Shown: positions 50,696-60,340 of the stretch, one piece after another
How the letters are laid out: each line of letters starts with the position of its first letter
Numbering within the stretch: the stretch's first letter is position 1
Source: Candidatus Omnitrophota bacterium
Lineage (GTDB): Bacteria > Omnitrophota > Gorgyraeia > Gygaellales > Profunditerraquicolaceae
NCBI GenBank assembly: GCA_028712255.1
Contig: JAQTQJ010000009.1
Span: 13,977 to 77,976, forward strand
Direction: 5' to 3'
Length of the DNA: 64,000 nucleotides
The notes under the pieces: model-generated
Told to the model about the DNA's origin: nothing
Seen by the model: the letters and a program-made list of their open reading frames with translations, nothing else
Database searches by the model: none
Program-made: the position numbers and the translations under genes

Positions 50696-51300
50696 GATTT
50701 TTTACCGTATTAGGGATTATATTTTATGCTGCGGTGATTATTATCATCGGGGTGGCTCTGATTGTTTTTTCATTAAACCTGTTACTACCTCAAGATATCA
50801 ATAGCCTGCTTGTTTTTGCTCAAAGCAGCCAAAATTCTCGTATATTTATCGGCCTAAGCGGATTGCTTTTAATATTAATCAGTATATCATTCGCCCAGAT
50901 TATCTTGGGAAAGTTCCAGAGGGAAAAAACAATTGCTTTTGCCACAAGCAGCGGGCAGGTAACCATTTCTCTTTCGGCAGTTGAGGATTTGATCCGCAGG
51001 ATAGCCGGAATAATTCCTGAAGTAAGAGAATTAAGGCCAAATGTTGTGGCAAACAAAAAAGGTATTCTTGTGGATATGCGCGTAGTGTTACGATCTGAGG
51101 CCAATATTCCTGAGCTTACATCACGCCTGCAGGATATAACCAAATCTAAAATTCAGGAGGTCTTGGGCCTTGAAGAGCAGATTATTATTAGGATTCATGT
51201 GGCTAAAATTGTTCATGACGAAAAAGATAATCGTAAGAAAAAAGATTTTGAGAAAGAAGATTATTCAACAATGCCGTTTAGTGGTTATGGTAGAGCATAG
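50692..51300 (+). CDS. membrane protein, AmaP-like (Asp23 membrane anchor)
   Basis: N-terminal double TM. Conserved pairing with Asp23. Confidence 0.55.
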   Translation: MRFFTVLGIIFYAAVIIIIGVALIVFSLNLLLPQDINSLLVFAQSSQNSRIFIGLSGLLLILISISFAQIILGKFQREKTIAFATSSGQVTISLSAVEDLIRRIAGIIPEVRELRPNVVANKKGILVDMRVVLRSEANIPELTSRLQDITKSKIQEVLGLEEQIIIRIHVAKIVHDEKDNRKKKDFEKEDYSTMPFSGYGRA

Positions 51301-51311
51301 TTAAATGAATC

Positions 51312-51385
51312 GATCCGCCACTGAAACGTTGGCGGATTCAATTCCGGCAAACAACTTATGGATTTCTAAGGAACTCCATAAGTTG
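51312..51385 (+). promoter_or_regulatory. two stable hairpins in pfkA leader
   Basis: 8-9 bp stem ATCCGCCA/TGGCGGAT (51312-51338). 11-bp stem CAACTTATGGA/TCCATAAGTTG (51352-51385). No U-tracts. Confidence 0.4.
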
Positions 51386-51412
51386 TGCCGTCATTGAAGG
51401 AGGATATTGAAA

Positions 51413-52444
51413 ATGGTAAGGATTGGTATTTTAACAGGTGGTGGTGATTGTCCAGGTTTAAATCCGGTCATCCGGGCGGTAGTACGTAAAGCATTACTGG
51501 AGGGTTATGAAATTGTAGGCATCAAAAATGGCTGGAAGGGGTTGGTTGAGAATGATACCATGCCTTTAAATATAAATACTGTTTCAGGTATTTTACCTAA
51601 AGGCGGGACAATTTTGGGGACTAGCCGCACTAATCCATATAAAAAAGAGGGTGACCTGCAAAAAGTTAAGGATAACTTTAAGAAAATGGGATTAGATGCT
51701 TTGGTTGCTGTAGGCGGCGAAGATACTCTTGGTGTTGCCTCTAAATTAGTTAAGGATGGTTTAAGTAATATTGTGGGAGTTCCTAAAACTATAGACAATG
51801 ATTTGTCAGCTACTGATTATACATTTGGTTTTGATACTGCTTTAAATGTGGCTACTGAATGTATTGACCGCCTGCATACTACCGCAGAAAGCCACCACCG
51901 TATTATGGTTGCCGAAGTTATGGGCAGGCATGCAGGATGGATTGCGCTTGAAGCAGGAATCGCCGGAGGGGCAGATGTAATTTTAATTCCTGAAATCCCT
52001 ATTGATATGGATGAGGTTTGTAATGTAATTAAAAAGAGGCATGAAAGAGGCAAGAGCTTTAGTATTATAGTAGTTTCCGAAGGCGCTCAGTTTAAGGGCG
52101 GCGATATGGTTCTTCAGGAGAAAAAGCTTGATGCGTTTGGGCATGTTAGGCTAGGAGGTATTGGCGAGGAGTTAGCAGCTCAGATTGAGAAGAGAACCGG
52201 TTATGAAACCAGAGTGAGCGTCTTGGGGCATATACAAAGAGGGGGTTCACCTACTGCTTTTGACCGTGTCTTAGGTACACGTTTAGGGGTAAAAGCAGTG
52301 GAGTTGATTAAAAACAAGAAATTCGGAAAGATGGTAGCTTTGTCCGGGATTAAGATTATTGATGTACCCTTAGAAGATGCAGTGAAAGCTTTAAAAACGG
52401 TTGATATGGAGCTTTATGATATTGCTAGGGTATTTTTTGGGTAG
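51413..52444 (+). CDS. pfkA: 6-phosphofructokinase (ATP- or PPi-dependent)
   Basis: Contains GGDCPGLN, GGEDTL and MGRHAGW motifs. ATG 51413 preferred over the ORF-track TTG at 51407. Confidence 0.9.
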   Translation: MVRIGILTGGGDCPGLNPVIRAVVRKALLEGYEIVGIKNGWKGLVENDTMPLNINTVSGILPKGGTILGTSRTNPYKKEGDLQKVKDNFKKMGLDALVAVGGEDTLGVASKLVKDGLSNIVGVPKTIDNDLSATDYTFGFDTALNVATECIDRLHTTAESHHRIMVAEVMGRHAGWIALEAGIAGGADVILIPEIPIDMDEVCNVIKKRHERGKSFSIIVVSEGAQFKGGDMVLQEKKLDAFGHVRLGGIGEELAAQIEKRTGYETRVSVLGHIQRGGSPTAFDRVLGTRLGVKAVELIKNKKFGKMVALSGIKIIDVPLEDAVKALKTVDMELYDIARVFFG

Positions 52445-52467
52445 GAAAGCGTAAAATATAAACCTAT

Positions 52468-52517
52468 CACCCAGCGCTAAGTGGAATTGCCGCTGGTGTG
52501 CCCTTGTGGGTAAGGAG
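52468..52517 (+). promoter_or_regulatory. Recurrent structured leader motif, copy 6 (upstream of gmhA)
   Basis: Hairpin 1: CACCCAGCGC, loop TAAGTGGAATT, GCCGCTGGTG. Hairpin 2: TGCCCTTGTGGGTA. Followed by AGGAG. Confidence 0.55.
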
Positions 52518-52522
52518 AAAAA

Positions 52523-53101
52523 ATGCTGGAGAGGATAAAAGATATACTCTTGGAGAGTATTCAGGTTAAAGAAGAGATTTTACGAAATCAGATTTCTTCG
52601 ATCATGCAGATTGCGGTGTTAATGATTGATTGCCTGAAGAAAGACGGTAAAGTAATTGTGTTTGGCAATGGCGGTTCAGCTAGTGACAGCCAGCATATTG
52701 CTGCTGAACTTGTCGGCCGTTTTAAGAAGGATCGCTCAGCCTTAGCCGGCATTGCTTTGACTACTAATACCTCTATACTTACTTCTTTGGCTAATGATTA
52801 TGGGTATGATGTAGTTTTTTCCCGCCAGGTTGAAGCTTTGGGAAAGAAAAATGATGTAGTTTTAGGAATATCAACTAGCGGAAGAGCAAAAAATGTAGCT
52901 TTAGGAATTAAGCAAGCCAAGAAGATGGGAATTAAAACCGTGGCTCTAAGCGGAGGGGATGGAGGGGATATTGTAAAATTAGCAGATGTATCTTTGGTGG
53001 TTCCCTCTAAAGTAACCGCCAGGATTCAGGAAGCACACATTACCATCGCCCATATAATATGCGAAATGATCGAGCAGGAACTTTGCCAGGAACAAAAATA
53101 A
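52523..53101 (+). CDS. gmhA: SIS-domain phosphoheptose isomerase
   Basis: 192 aa SIS domain (GNGGSASDSQH). Confidence 0.85.
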   Translation: MLERIKDILLESIQVKEEILRNQISSIMQIAVLMIDCLKKDGKVIVFGNGGSASDSQHIAAELVGRFKKDRSALAGIALTTNTSILTSLANDYGYDVVFSRQVEALGKKNDVVLGISTSGRAKNVALGIKQAKKMGIKTVALSGGDGGDIVKLADVSLVVPSKVTARIQEAHITIAHIICEMIEQELCQEQK

Positions 53102-53571
53102 ATTCGCTTTCTGCCCTCAAGCGTAAAATAAGTGGTCTCAAACGTAAAGGCAAGCGTATAGTTTTTACTAACGGTTGTTTCGATATCTTACATTTTGGCC
53201 ATATCAAATACCTTCAGGATGCCAAGAATAAAGGTGACTATTTGGTTGTAGCAGTAAATAGCGATTCCTCCATTAAAAAAATAAAAGCGAAAAATCGTCC
53301 GGTAATCGGCCAAAATGATCGTTTAAAGACAATTGCGGCATTGGCAAGTGTTGATTTTGTGGTTTTATTTAACGAGGATAATCCATTGAAATTAATCAAG
53401 GCGCTTAAGCCGGATATTCTGATTAAAGGTGCGGACTGGGATAAGAGTAAAATTGTGGGTGCGGATTTTGTAGACAGTTACGGTGGAAAGGTTCTTACCG
53501 TTAATTTAGTTAAGGGACGCTCAACTAGTGCGTTAATTGAAAAAATTGTCAGGAATTTCTCAAAAAAATAA
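53059..53571 (+). CDS. D-glycero-beta-D-manno-heptose 1-phosphate adenylyltransferase (RfaE domain II / HldE C-terminal domain-like)
   Basis: Cytidylyltransferase motif FTNGCFDILHFGH. The start is uncertain because the ORF-track start overlaps gmhA by 43 nt. Confidence 0.8.
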   Translation: MRNDRAGTLPGTKINSLSALKRKISGLKRKGKRIVFTNGCFDILHFGHIKYLQDAKNKGDYLVVAVNSDSSIKKIKAKNRPVIGQNDRLKTIAALASVDFVVLFNEDNPLKLIKALKPDILIKGADWDKSKIVGADFVDSYGGKVLTVNLVKGRSTSALIEKIVRNFSKK

Positions 53572-53989
53572 TATTAATCGTATTATTGATGCAAATTTAA
53601 ACCGGGTAAAGGAAGGACTGCGCGTTTGCGAAGAGATAACCCGTTTTATTTTGGATAATCATAAATTTACCCTGCTCTTTAAGAACCTTAGGCATCGGAT
53701 TGATGGGGTAGCTGGGAAAATCTATCCTGTTTCGGCATTGCTTACTCAGCGTAATAGCAAGAAAGATGTCGGAAGATTTAATTCTTGCGGGGAACTAGCG
53801 CGCGCCAACTGCAAAGATATTTTTTGGGCTAATATCCAAAGGATTAAAGAATCATTACGCGTGCTGGAAGAGTTTAGCAAATTAGTGGATAGAAAGGCGG
53901 CTTTGGATTTTAAGCAGCTGCGGTATAAAGTTTATGAAATCGAGAAAGCATCTTTTAAAGAAATCTCAGCTTTATCTGATTCTAGATAA
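53537..53989 (+). CDS. hypothetical protein tightly coupled to thiE (possibly ThiD2-like auxiliary thiamine enzyme)
   Basis: 150 aa with no motif I recognise. Overlaps hldE-like and thiE. thiD is absent from the window. Confidence 0.35.
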   Translation: MKKLSGISQKNNINRIIDANLNRVKEGLRVCEEITRFILDNHKFTLLFKNLRHRIDGVAGKIYPVSALLTQRNSKKDVGRFNSCGELARANCKDIFWANIQRIKESLRVLEEFSKLVDRKAALDFKQLRYKVYEIEKASFKEISALSDSR

Positions 53990-54572
53990 GCCGACCCTTG
54001 GAAGGCGTTCTTTAGAAAATATATATTCTGCAGCTTGGGCAGGTAAAATTGGTTTAATCCAGCTAAGGGATAAGCAGGGCATTAAATCGGATGTATTAGA
54101 TTTAGCGATTAAGCTTTCAAGGTGTTTAAGCCGGAGTAAAACGCTCTTTATAGTTAATGATTATATTGATATAGCTGTTGCTTCTGGTGCAGACGGACTT
54201 CATCTGGGGCAGGATGATTTACCTGTAAAGGAGGCTAGAAAGATATTGGGGCAGGATAAGATTATCGGAATATCTTGTCATAATCTGGCTCAGGCCTTGA
54301 AAGCTCAAAGAGAAGGAGCAAATTACATTGGAATTGGCCCAGTATATTCAACTGCTACTAAACCTGAATATAAGCCGATAGGTTTAAGAGTTTTGCAACA
54401 GCTAAAAGATAAAATAAAAATTCCTTATTTTGCAATTGGCGATATTCATTTAGGTAATATTGGTGAGGTTATTGCTGCTGGAGCCAGGCGTATCGCGGTT
54501 TGCCGGGCAATTTTAAAAGCAAATAACCCAAAAATGGCAGCAGATGAATTTTATAAAAAATTGAATAAATGA
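53934..54572 (+). CDS. thiE: thiamine-phosphate synthase
   Basis: TMP-TENI fold (LYLILDKP, GADGLHLGQDD, GIGPVYSTATKP). The true start is probably downstream of 53934. Confidence 0.85.
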   Translation: MKSRKHLLKKSQLYLILDKPTLGRRSLENIYSAAWAGKIGLIQLRDKQGIKSDVLDLAIKLSRCLSRSKTLFIVNDYIDIAVASGADGLHLGQDDLPVKEARKILGQDKIIGISCHNLAQALKAQREGANYIGIGPVYSTATKPEYKPIGLRVLQQLKDKIKIPYFAIGDIHLGNIGEVIAAGARRIAVCRAILKANNPKMAADEFYKKLNK

Positions 54573-55858
54573 CTCAATTAGATTTTGCCAAGAAAAATAT
54601 CATTACCCCGCTTATGCGCAAAGTTGCCTCTTTTGAAGGGGTAAGTTCTGCTAAGCTTATACGCCTTATGGCTAAAGGCAAAGTAGTCATACCGCTAAAT
54701 ATAAATCATAAGATAAAAAAACCTTGTGCTGTGGGTAGCACTCTTTCTACTAAGGTTAATGCCAATATTGGTACCTCTACCGATGAATCCCGCATTTCTG
54801 AAGAAATTAAAAAATTAAAAATTGCCATAAAACATGGCGCAGATGCTGTTATGGATCTAAGCGTGGGAGGGGATCTTACGAAGGTAAGGAAAGAGGTTCT
54901 AAAGTATTCTAGTATCCCAGTTGGCACTGTTCCGGTTTACGAAATAACAGTCAGGGCCCAGGAAAAGAATAAAAATTTTCTTCAATTCGATGCCGATGAT
55001 CTTTTAGCTGTGTTGGATGAACAAGCTAAACAAGGAGTCGATTTTTTTACCATACATAGCGGAGTAACGCAAAGAAACTTAAAAATTTTGGAGAAACAGA
55101 AAAGGTTAATGGGGGTAGTTTCGCGTGGTGGTGCAATTATTGCCAGTTGGATAAAATATCACAAGAAAGAGAATCCTTTTTTCACGCATTTTGAACAGAT
55201 TTTGGATATTGCTTATAGATATGATGTGACTTTAAGTTTGGGAGATGGGTTAAGGCCAGGTTCCATTTTAGATGCTACGGATAAGGCTCAGATAGCAGAG
55301 TTAAAAATCTTAGGGGAATTGGCAAAGCGTGCTTGGAATAGAGGTGTTCAGGTAATGATTGAAGGCCCGGGACATGTGCCTCTGGACCAAATAGAAAAAA
55401 ATATTGCTTTAGAGAAAAAATACTGTAATGGAGCGCCTTTTTATGTATTAGGGCCTTTGGTTACTGATGTTGCCCCGGGATATGATCATATTACATCTGC
55501 AATCGGAGGAGCGTTGGCGGCAAGCTATGGAGCAGATTTCCTTTGTTACGTAACTCCTGCTGAGCATTTGCGCCATCCCTCAGAAAGCGATGTGCGTGAA
55601 GGTGTAGTTGCCAGCCGCATCGCTGCTCATGCCGGCGATTTGATTAAGCGAAAAAAAATTGCCATAGAATGGGATAGAAATATATCGATTGCCCGAAGAG
55701 CGCGCGACTGGAAAAAACAAATTGAGTTATCCATTAATCCTGAAAAGGCTCGTGAGTATCGATTAAGCAGCAAACCTAAGCTTTCTAAGGTGTGTACGAT
55801 GTGTGGGAAGTATTGTTCTATCAAATTAATGGATGATTGCGTATCTACCGATAGATAG
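54569..55858 (+). CDS. thiC: phosphomethylpyrimidine synthase
   Basis: 429 aa ThiC core with C-terminal CTMCGKYC cluster. Confidence 0.9.
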   Translation: MTQLDFAKKNIITPLMRKVASFEGVSSAKLIRLMAKGKVVIPLNINHKIKKPCAVGSTLSTKVNANIGTSTDESRISEEIKKLKIAIKHGADAVMDLSVGGDLTKVRKEVLKYSSIPVGTVPVYEITVRAQEKNKNFLQFDADDLLAVLDEQAKQGVDFFTIHSGVTQRNLKILEKQKRLMGVVSRGGAIIASWIKYHKKENPFFTHFEQILDIAYRYDVTLSLGDGLRPGSILDATDKAQIAELKILGELAKRAWNRGVQVMIEGPGHVPLDQIEKNIALEKKYCNGAPFYVLGPLVTDVAPGYDHITSAIGGALAASYGADFLCYVTPAEHLRHPSESDVREGVVASRIAAHAGDLIKRKKIAIEWDRNISIARRARDWKKQIELSINPEKAREYRLSSKPKLSKVCTMCGKYCSIKLMDDCVSTDR

Positions 55859-55862
55859 ATGT

Positions 55863-55933
55863 GCGGGTGTAATTCAGTGGTAGAATGGCAGCTTCCCAAG
55901 CTGCATATGGCGGTTCGATTCCGCTCACCCGCT
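55863..55933 (+). tRNA. tRNA-Gly (anticodon CCC)
   Basis: Cloverleaf: acceptor GCGGGTG/CACCCGC, anticodon stem GCAGC/GCTGC with loop TTCCCAA, T-arm GGTTCGATTCC. CCA is not encoded. Confidence 0.85.
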
Positions 55934-55960
55934 TATAGATTGGAGATTCAGTAGATTAAT

Positions 55961-56620
55961 ATGAGAAACATTATTTTTTTATTGATAATTTTATTTGTTG
56001 CCGGATGTTCAACGGTACCTCCTTATACGGGGCCGGTTATACCTGTCTCTACTCAAGCGGTTGCAGGGTTCCACCATCGTGTAGAAGCAGGCCAGACTCT
56101 TTGGAGGATATCCAGGCTTTATAATGTAGATATAGATGAAATCTTACAGGCAAATCATATCCCAGAAGAGGCAAAGATCGAGATAGGCCAATTACTTTTA
56201 ATTCCCAATCGTAATAAGCCTCAAAATTTTGCTGTGAAATCCTCCGGGGATGATTTTATCTGGCCGCTTAAGGGCAGAGTAATTTCGGGTTTTGGCCTTA
56301 ATTACCGTAATTTGATGAATAAAGGTATTAATATTCAGGCCTCAGTGGGATCTGGAGTTTTTGCTACTCGTTCCGGGAGGGTAGTTTTCTATGCTGCTAA
56401 TTTCGGTAATTTTGGTAAAACGATAATTATTGACCATGGGGATGGGCTGCGCAGTGTTTATTCTAGAGTTTCACAAGTTTATGTGCAATTAGGTGAGATG
56501 GTGCAAAGTGGCTCTATGATCGGCAGCGTTGGAACCAGCACAAGAGATAAGAACAGTTATTTACATTTTGAAATACGCAAAGGAGCTCTTCCTCAGAATC
56601 CGTTATTCTATTTACCATGA
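55961..56620 (+). CDS. LysM-domain M23 family peptidase lipoprotein
   Basis: Lipobox LLIILFVAGC, LysM (GQTLWRISRLYNVDIDEI), M23 motifs (IDHGDG...HFE). Confidence 0.85.
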   Translation: MRNIIFLLIILFVAGCSTVPPYTGPVIPVSTQAVAGFHHRVEAGQTLWRISRLYNVDIDEILQANHIPEEAKIEIGQLLLIPNRNKPQNFAVKSSGDDFIWPLKGRVISGFGLNYRNLMNKGINIQASVGSGVFATRSGRVVFYAANFGNFGKTIIIDHGDGLRSVYSRVSQVYVQLGEMVQSGSMIGSVGTSTRDKNSYLHFEIRKGALPQNPLFYLP

Positions 56621-58212
56621 TAAAGAATAGATTTTTTGACCGAAAAAATTATATTCAGATATTAGAGAAACGCGTCAGTAGCCTAAAGGAAGGGTATCGG
56701 CAGAATATTGCTATTATTGGTGAAGAGAATGTTGGCAAAACCAGCATTGTTACTAAATTCTTAGCCAACTTTTATGACCCCAGGATTATTACAGTTTTTC
56801 TTGAAGTGCGTCCTGAATCTCTGGATGGTTTTGTCAGGAGATTTATCGGTGCGCTACTTTATAATTTTCTTTTAAATAGTTCCCTGCCTTTAAAAGAAGA
56901 TTTGGATTATCTGATATTAAAATCTGCTAAGTATATACCTAATACTGTAGAAAAGATAAATTTTATACTTAAAGAATTAGCGCGAAAGAAAAAGTTAAAT
57001 ATTATTAATGAACTTTTTAGCCTTCCTGAATCAATTAATCAGGAAACGGGTAAATTTACGGTTTTGTTCCTGGATGAATTCCATAATCTTGAGAATATCG
57101 GAGTTAAAAATTTATATCGGGATTGGAGCAAGCTGCTTATTCTGCAGAAAAACACGCTTTATTGTATTACAAGTTCAATGATTTTTAAAGCCAGGGCCGT
57201 TCTTTCTAAACAACTTTCTTTGTTATTTGGGAATTTTGAAATTGTAGCTATCGAACCTTTTGATATACATACAAGTTCACGTTATCTTGATCAGTACCTG
57301 CCATTTCTGAAATTAGATCCGGGTTTAAAAAATTTTATCATTAATTTTACCGGAGGCTATCCACTGTATCTTGAGTTAATAGCGGATGCATTATCAAAGC
57401 GGGATATCCCTACTGACCTACCGGATGTTTTAGAAGATTTATTGTTTAACTCCTCTGGTATCCTTAACATGAGATTCTCTAATTATATCAAACGATTTTC
57501 GGATGGACCGGCCAGTAATGATTATATCTCTATATTTTATTTGATAGCCAGCGGTAGGAACCGCATTAAAGATATTGCCCATATTTTACATAAACAAAAA
57601 AAAGAACTTTCTGTCAGAATAAATCATCTTCTAGAATTAGATGCTATCATAAGATGCGGCGATTTTCTTAAAGTAAGTGACCGCCTATTTGCTTATTGGA
57701 TACGTTTTGTATATCAAGAGAAATTATATTCGTTATCATTTGACGCAAAAAACCAAAAAGAGAAATTCCATGATAGTATTACTGAACTTATCCTTGAGTT
57801 CTCTAAGCAGGCTGCTAATCCATTGATCAACCGCGTTTCTGAGTTATTGCAGTTATTTGAAGATGATCTTATGCAAATTGAACGTAAAAAAATCAGGCTT
57901 AACCATTTTCGTGAAATAAAGCCCCTGATATTTAATCATCGTTATTTAAAAGACGGCCTATTAGGCCGTTCAACTGAGGCTCTTTGGATTATGGCAATTA
58001 AAAATGAAGCGCTTACTGAGGCTGATATTACTGAGTTTGCTAAGGAATGTAAGAGGTATCATCATAAATCTCAGCGTAAAATTATGGTTACATTAAAAGA
58101 GGTTGATCCGAATGCCCGTTTGAGAGCGCTAGAAGAAAAAATTTGGACATGGGATTTAAATAGCTTAAATCAGATTTTGGATTTATTTTCAAAACCCCGC
58201 GTAATCGCATAA
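56617..58212 (+). CDS. Arch_ATPase/DUF234-type AAA+ ATPase (function unknown)
   Basis: N-terminal FFDR motif, Walker A GEENVGKTS, Walker B LFLDEFHN, ~530 aa. Confidence 0.7.
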   Translation: MIKNRFFDRKNYIQILEKRVSSLKEGYRQNIAIIGEENVGKTSIVTKFLANFYDPRIITVFLEVRPESLDGFVRRFIGALLYNFLLNSSLPLKEDLDYLILKSAKYIPNTVEKINFILKELARKKKLNIINELFSLPESINQETGKFTVLFLDEFHNLENIGVKNLYRDWSKLLILQKNTLYCITSSMIFKARAVLSKQLSLLFGNFEIVAIEPFDIHTSSRYLDQYLPFLKLDPGLKNFIINFTGGYPLYLELIADALSKRDIPTDLPDVLEDLLFNSSGILNMRFSNYIKRFSDGPASNDYISIFYLIASGRNRIKDIAHILHKQKKELSVRINHLLELDAIIRCGDFLKVSDRLFAYWIRFVYQEKLYSLSFDAKNQKEKFHDSITELILEFSKQAANPLINRVSELLQLFEDDLMQIERKKIRLNHFREIKPLIFNHRYLKDGLLGRSTEALWIMAIKNEALTEADITEFAKECKRYHHKSQRKIMVTLKEVDPNARLRALEEKIWTWDLNSLNQILDLFSKPRVIA

Positions 58213-58225
58213 AAAGGAGTATTGA

Positions 58226-58726
58226 TTGAGAATAGGAGTAATTTCGGATACGCATATTCCCGATAGGTCTGAACATATTCCTGAAGTGGTATTGAATGCT
58301 TTTAAGCATGTGGATTTGGTCGTTCATGCTGGAGATATAGTGAATTTAGAAGTAATTAATGAATTGAAGTTGGTATGTCCAAAAATAATTGCCGTAGCTG
58401 GAAACATGGATTCTCAGGCGATCGTGAAGAATTTTCCGGTAAAGGATGTCTTTGAAATATCGGGCCTAAAGTTTGGTATTATGCATGGTTATGGATCGCC
58501 AATGAATCTTATTGATGTGCTCAAAGATTCTTTTAAAAAGGAGAAGCCGGATGTTATAATTTTTGGGCATTCACATGAAGCTATGAATAAGTATTTGGAT
58601 GGCGTATTGTTTTTTAATCCCGGTAGCGCTACTGACTGCTTGTCAGCAGAAGCTTCCTATGGGTTAATTGAGATAGAGGATAGCCAACAAGGCCATAAGA
58701 TTAACGCTAAAATAATTAAAATTTGA
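58226..58726 (+). CDS. YfcE/MJ0936-family metallophosphoesterase
   Basis: Contains GVISDTH, GDIV and GNMD motifs. 166 aa. Confidence 0.85.
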   Translation: MRIGVISDTHIPDRSEHIPEVVLNAFKHVDLVVHAGDIVNLEVINELKLVCPKIIAVAGNMDSQAIVKNFPVKDVFEISGLKFGIMHGYGSPMNLIDVLKDSFKKEKPDVIIFGHSHEAMNKYLDGVLFFNPGSATDCLSAEASYGLIEIEDSQQGHKINAKIIKI

Positions 58727-59202
58727 TGGATAGACTTTGGGCACCATGGAGGTTAAATTACTTAAGTGGCAAAAGAAAAGAGAAAGGTTGTATTTTCTGC
58801 CATGCCAAAATTGACAGTACCAACGATTATGTTATTTTTAAGACGAAAAAATCCATATGTTTACTCAATAGGTACCCATATAATAACGGCCACGTTATGA
58901 TTTGTCCTTTGAGGCATATTAATGATATAACAAAATTGACTGAAGAAGAGATTATTGATTTATTTAAATCTCTAAACCGAACAAAGGGCCTTTTGCAGAA
59001 AGTTTTAAAGCCTCAAGGCTATAATATAGGTTTGAACCTTGGGAAAGTTGCAGGGGCTGGGATTACTGGCCATTTGCATTTACATATTGTACCCCGTTGG
59101 TTAGGGGACAAGAATTTTATGCCTTTGATTTCCGGTACAAAGGTAATTTCGGAGTCGCTGGATGAGTTAGTTAAACGCCTAAAAAATGCCATCAACAAGT
59201 AA
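58723..59202 (+). CDS. HIT-family nucleotide hydrolase/transferase
   Basis: Histidine triad HLHLHIV. Confidence 0.85.
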   Translation: MMDRLWAPWRLNYLSGKRKEKGCIFCHAKIDSTNDYVIFKTKKSICLLNRYPYNNGHVMICPLRHINDITKLTEEEIIDLFKSLNRTKGLLQKVLKPQGYNIGLNLGKVAGAGITGHLHLHIVPRWLGDKNFMPLISGTKVISESLDELVKRLKNAINK

Positions 59203-60340
59203 AATCGAAGAATACGAATCAAAATTTTTGGCTCCTTATGCCAGTAAGAGCTGTAATTCACGTGGACGCGCGCATAAAGAGGAAGAGCATTCTTATCGCT
59301 CATGTTATCAACGTGACCGGGATCGTATTATTCACTCCGCTGCTTTTAGGAGGCTTGAGTATAAAACTCAAGTTTTTGTAAACCATGAGGGTGATTATTA
59401 CCGTACTCGTCTGACACATAGTATTGAGGTTTCCCAGATTGCCCGTACCATTGCCTGCGCACTAAGTTTGAACATGGATTTGACAGAAGCTATTGCTCTG
59501 GCTCATGATTTAGGGCATACTCCATTTGGGCACTCCGGAGAAGAAGTGCTTAATGAATTAATGATTAAGTTTGGCGGGTTTAATCATAATCTTCAAGGCT
59601 TAAGAGTAGTTGATTATCTGGAAGAGCGTTACCCGGATTTTCCAGGTTTGAATTTGAGTTGGGAGGTAAGAGAGGGGATAGTTAAACATTCCTCAGTTTT
59701 TGATATCGCGGTTAAAATCAAGGAGTTTTTCCCCAAAAGGATGCCTTCGTTAGAAACTCAGTTGGTCGACGCTGCTGATGAAATAGCCTATGATAATCAT
59801 GATTTAGACGATGGTTTGACTTCAGGTTTGATAAAAGAAAGCGACCTAGAGGATTTGCAGATATGGAAAGAAATAAATCGCCAAATCAACGCCAAATATG
59901 CTAAAATTAACCCCAATTGCCATAAATACCTGATTATTCGAGGCTTGATTGATTTGCAGGTTACTGATTTAATCCGGAATACTCAATCGGAGATCTTGCG
60001 GCTGAAAATTAAGAAATATACCGATCCTTATAAGGTTGATTTTAAGATAGTAGATTTTAGCAAGAAGATTAAGGAATTAAGGAAGCCTTTGCGGCAGTTC
60101 CTGATGCAGAAGCTCTATAAGCATTATCGGGTTATGCGTATGAGTATTAAAGCAAAACGTTTCATCAGGGAATTATTTTGTGAATACCTTTTGCGTCCTG
60201 AGCAGTTGCCTTCTGATGTGCAGCTTAGGATTCCTAAGGAAGGAGTAAGACGGGTAGTTTGTGATTATATTGCCGGAATGACTGATCGGTATGCCTTAGA
60301 TGAATACAAAAAACTATTCAACCCCTACGAAAAAGTATAG
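59186..60340 (+). CDS. dgt: dGTP triphosphohydrolase-like HD-domain protein
   Basis: HD motif (HSIEVSQIAR...AHDLGHTPFGH) and dGTPase-type architecture. Confidence 0.85.
   Translation: MPSTSKIEEYESKFLAPYASKSCNSRGRAHKEEEHSYRSCYQRDRDRIIHSAAFRRLEYKTQVFVNHEGDYYRTRLTHSIEVSQIARTIACALSLNMDLTEAIALAHDLGHTPFGHSGEEVLNELMIKFGGFNHNLQGLRVVDYLEERYPDFPGLNLSWEVREGIVKHSSVFDIAVKIKEFFPKRMPSLETQLVDAADEIAYDNHDLDDGLTSGLIKESDLEDLQIWKEINRQINAKYAKINPNCHKYLIIRGLIDLQVTDLIRNTQSEILRLKIKKYTDPYKVDFKIVDFSKKIKELRKPLRQFLMQKLYKHYRVMRMSIKAKRFIRELFCEYLLRPEQLPSDVQLRIPKEGVRRVVCDYIAGMTDRYALDEYKKLFNPYEKV

Noticed and set aside
53100-53540. TPP riboswitch upstream of thiE/thiC
   Set aside because: The region is fully coding (hldE-like gene). 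No CUGAGA/ACCUGAUCUGGAUAAUGCCAGCG-like elements seen.
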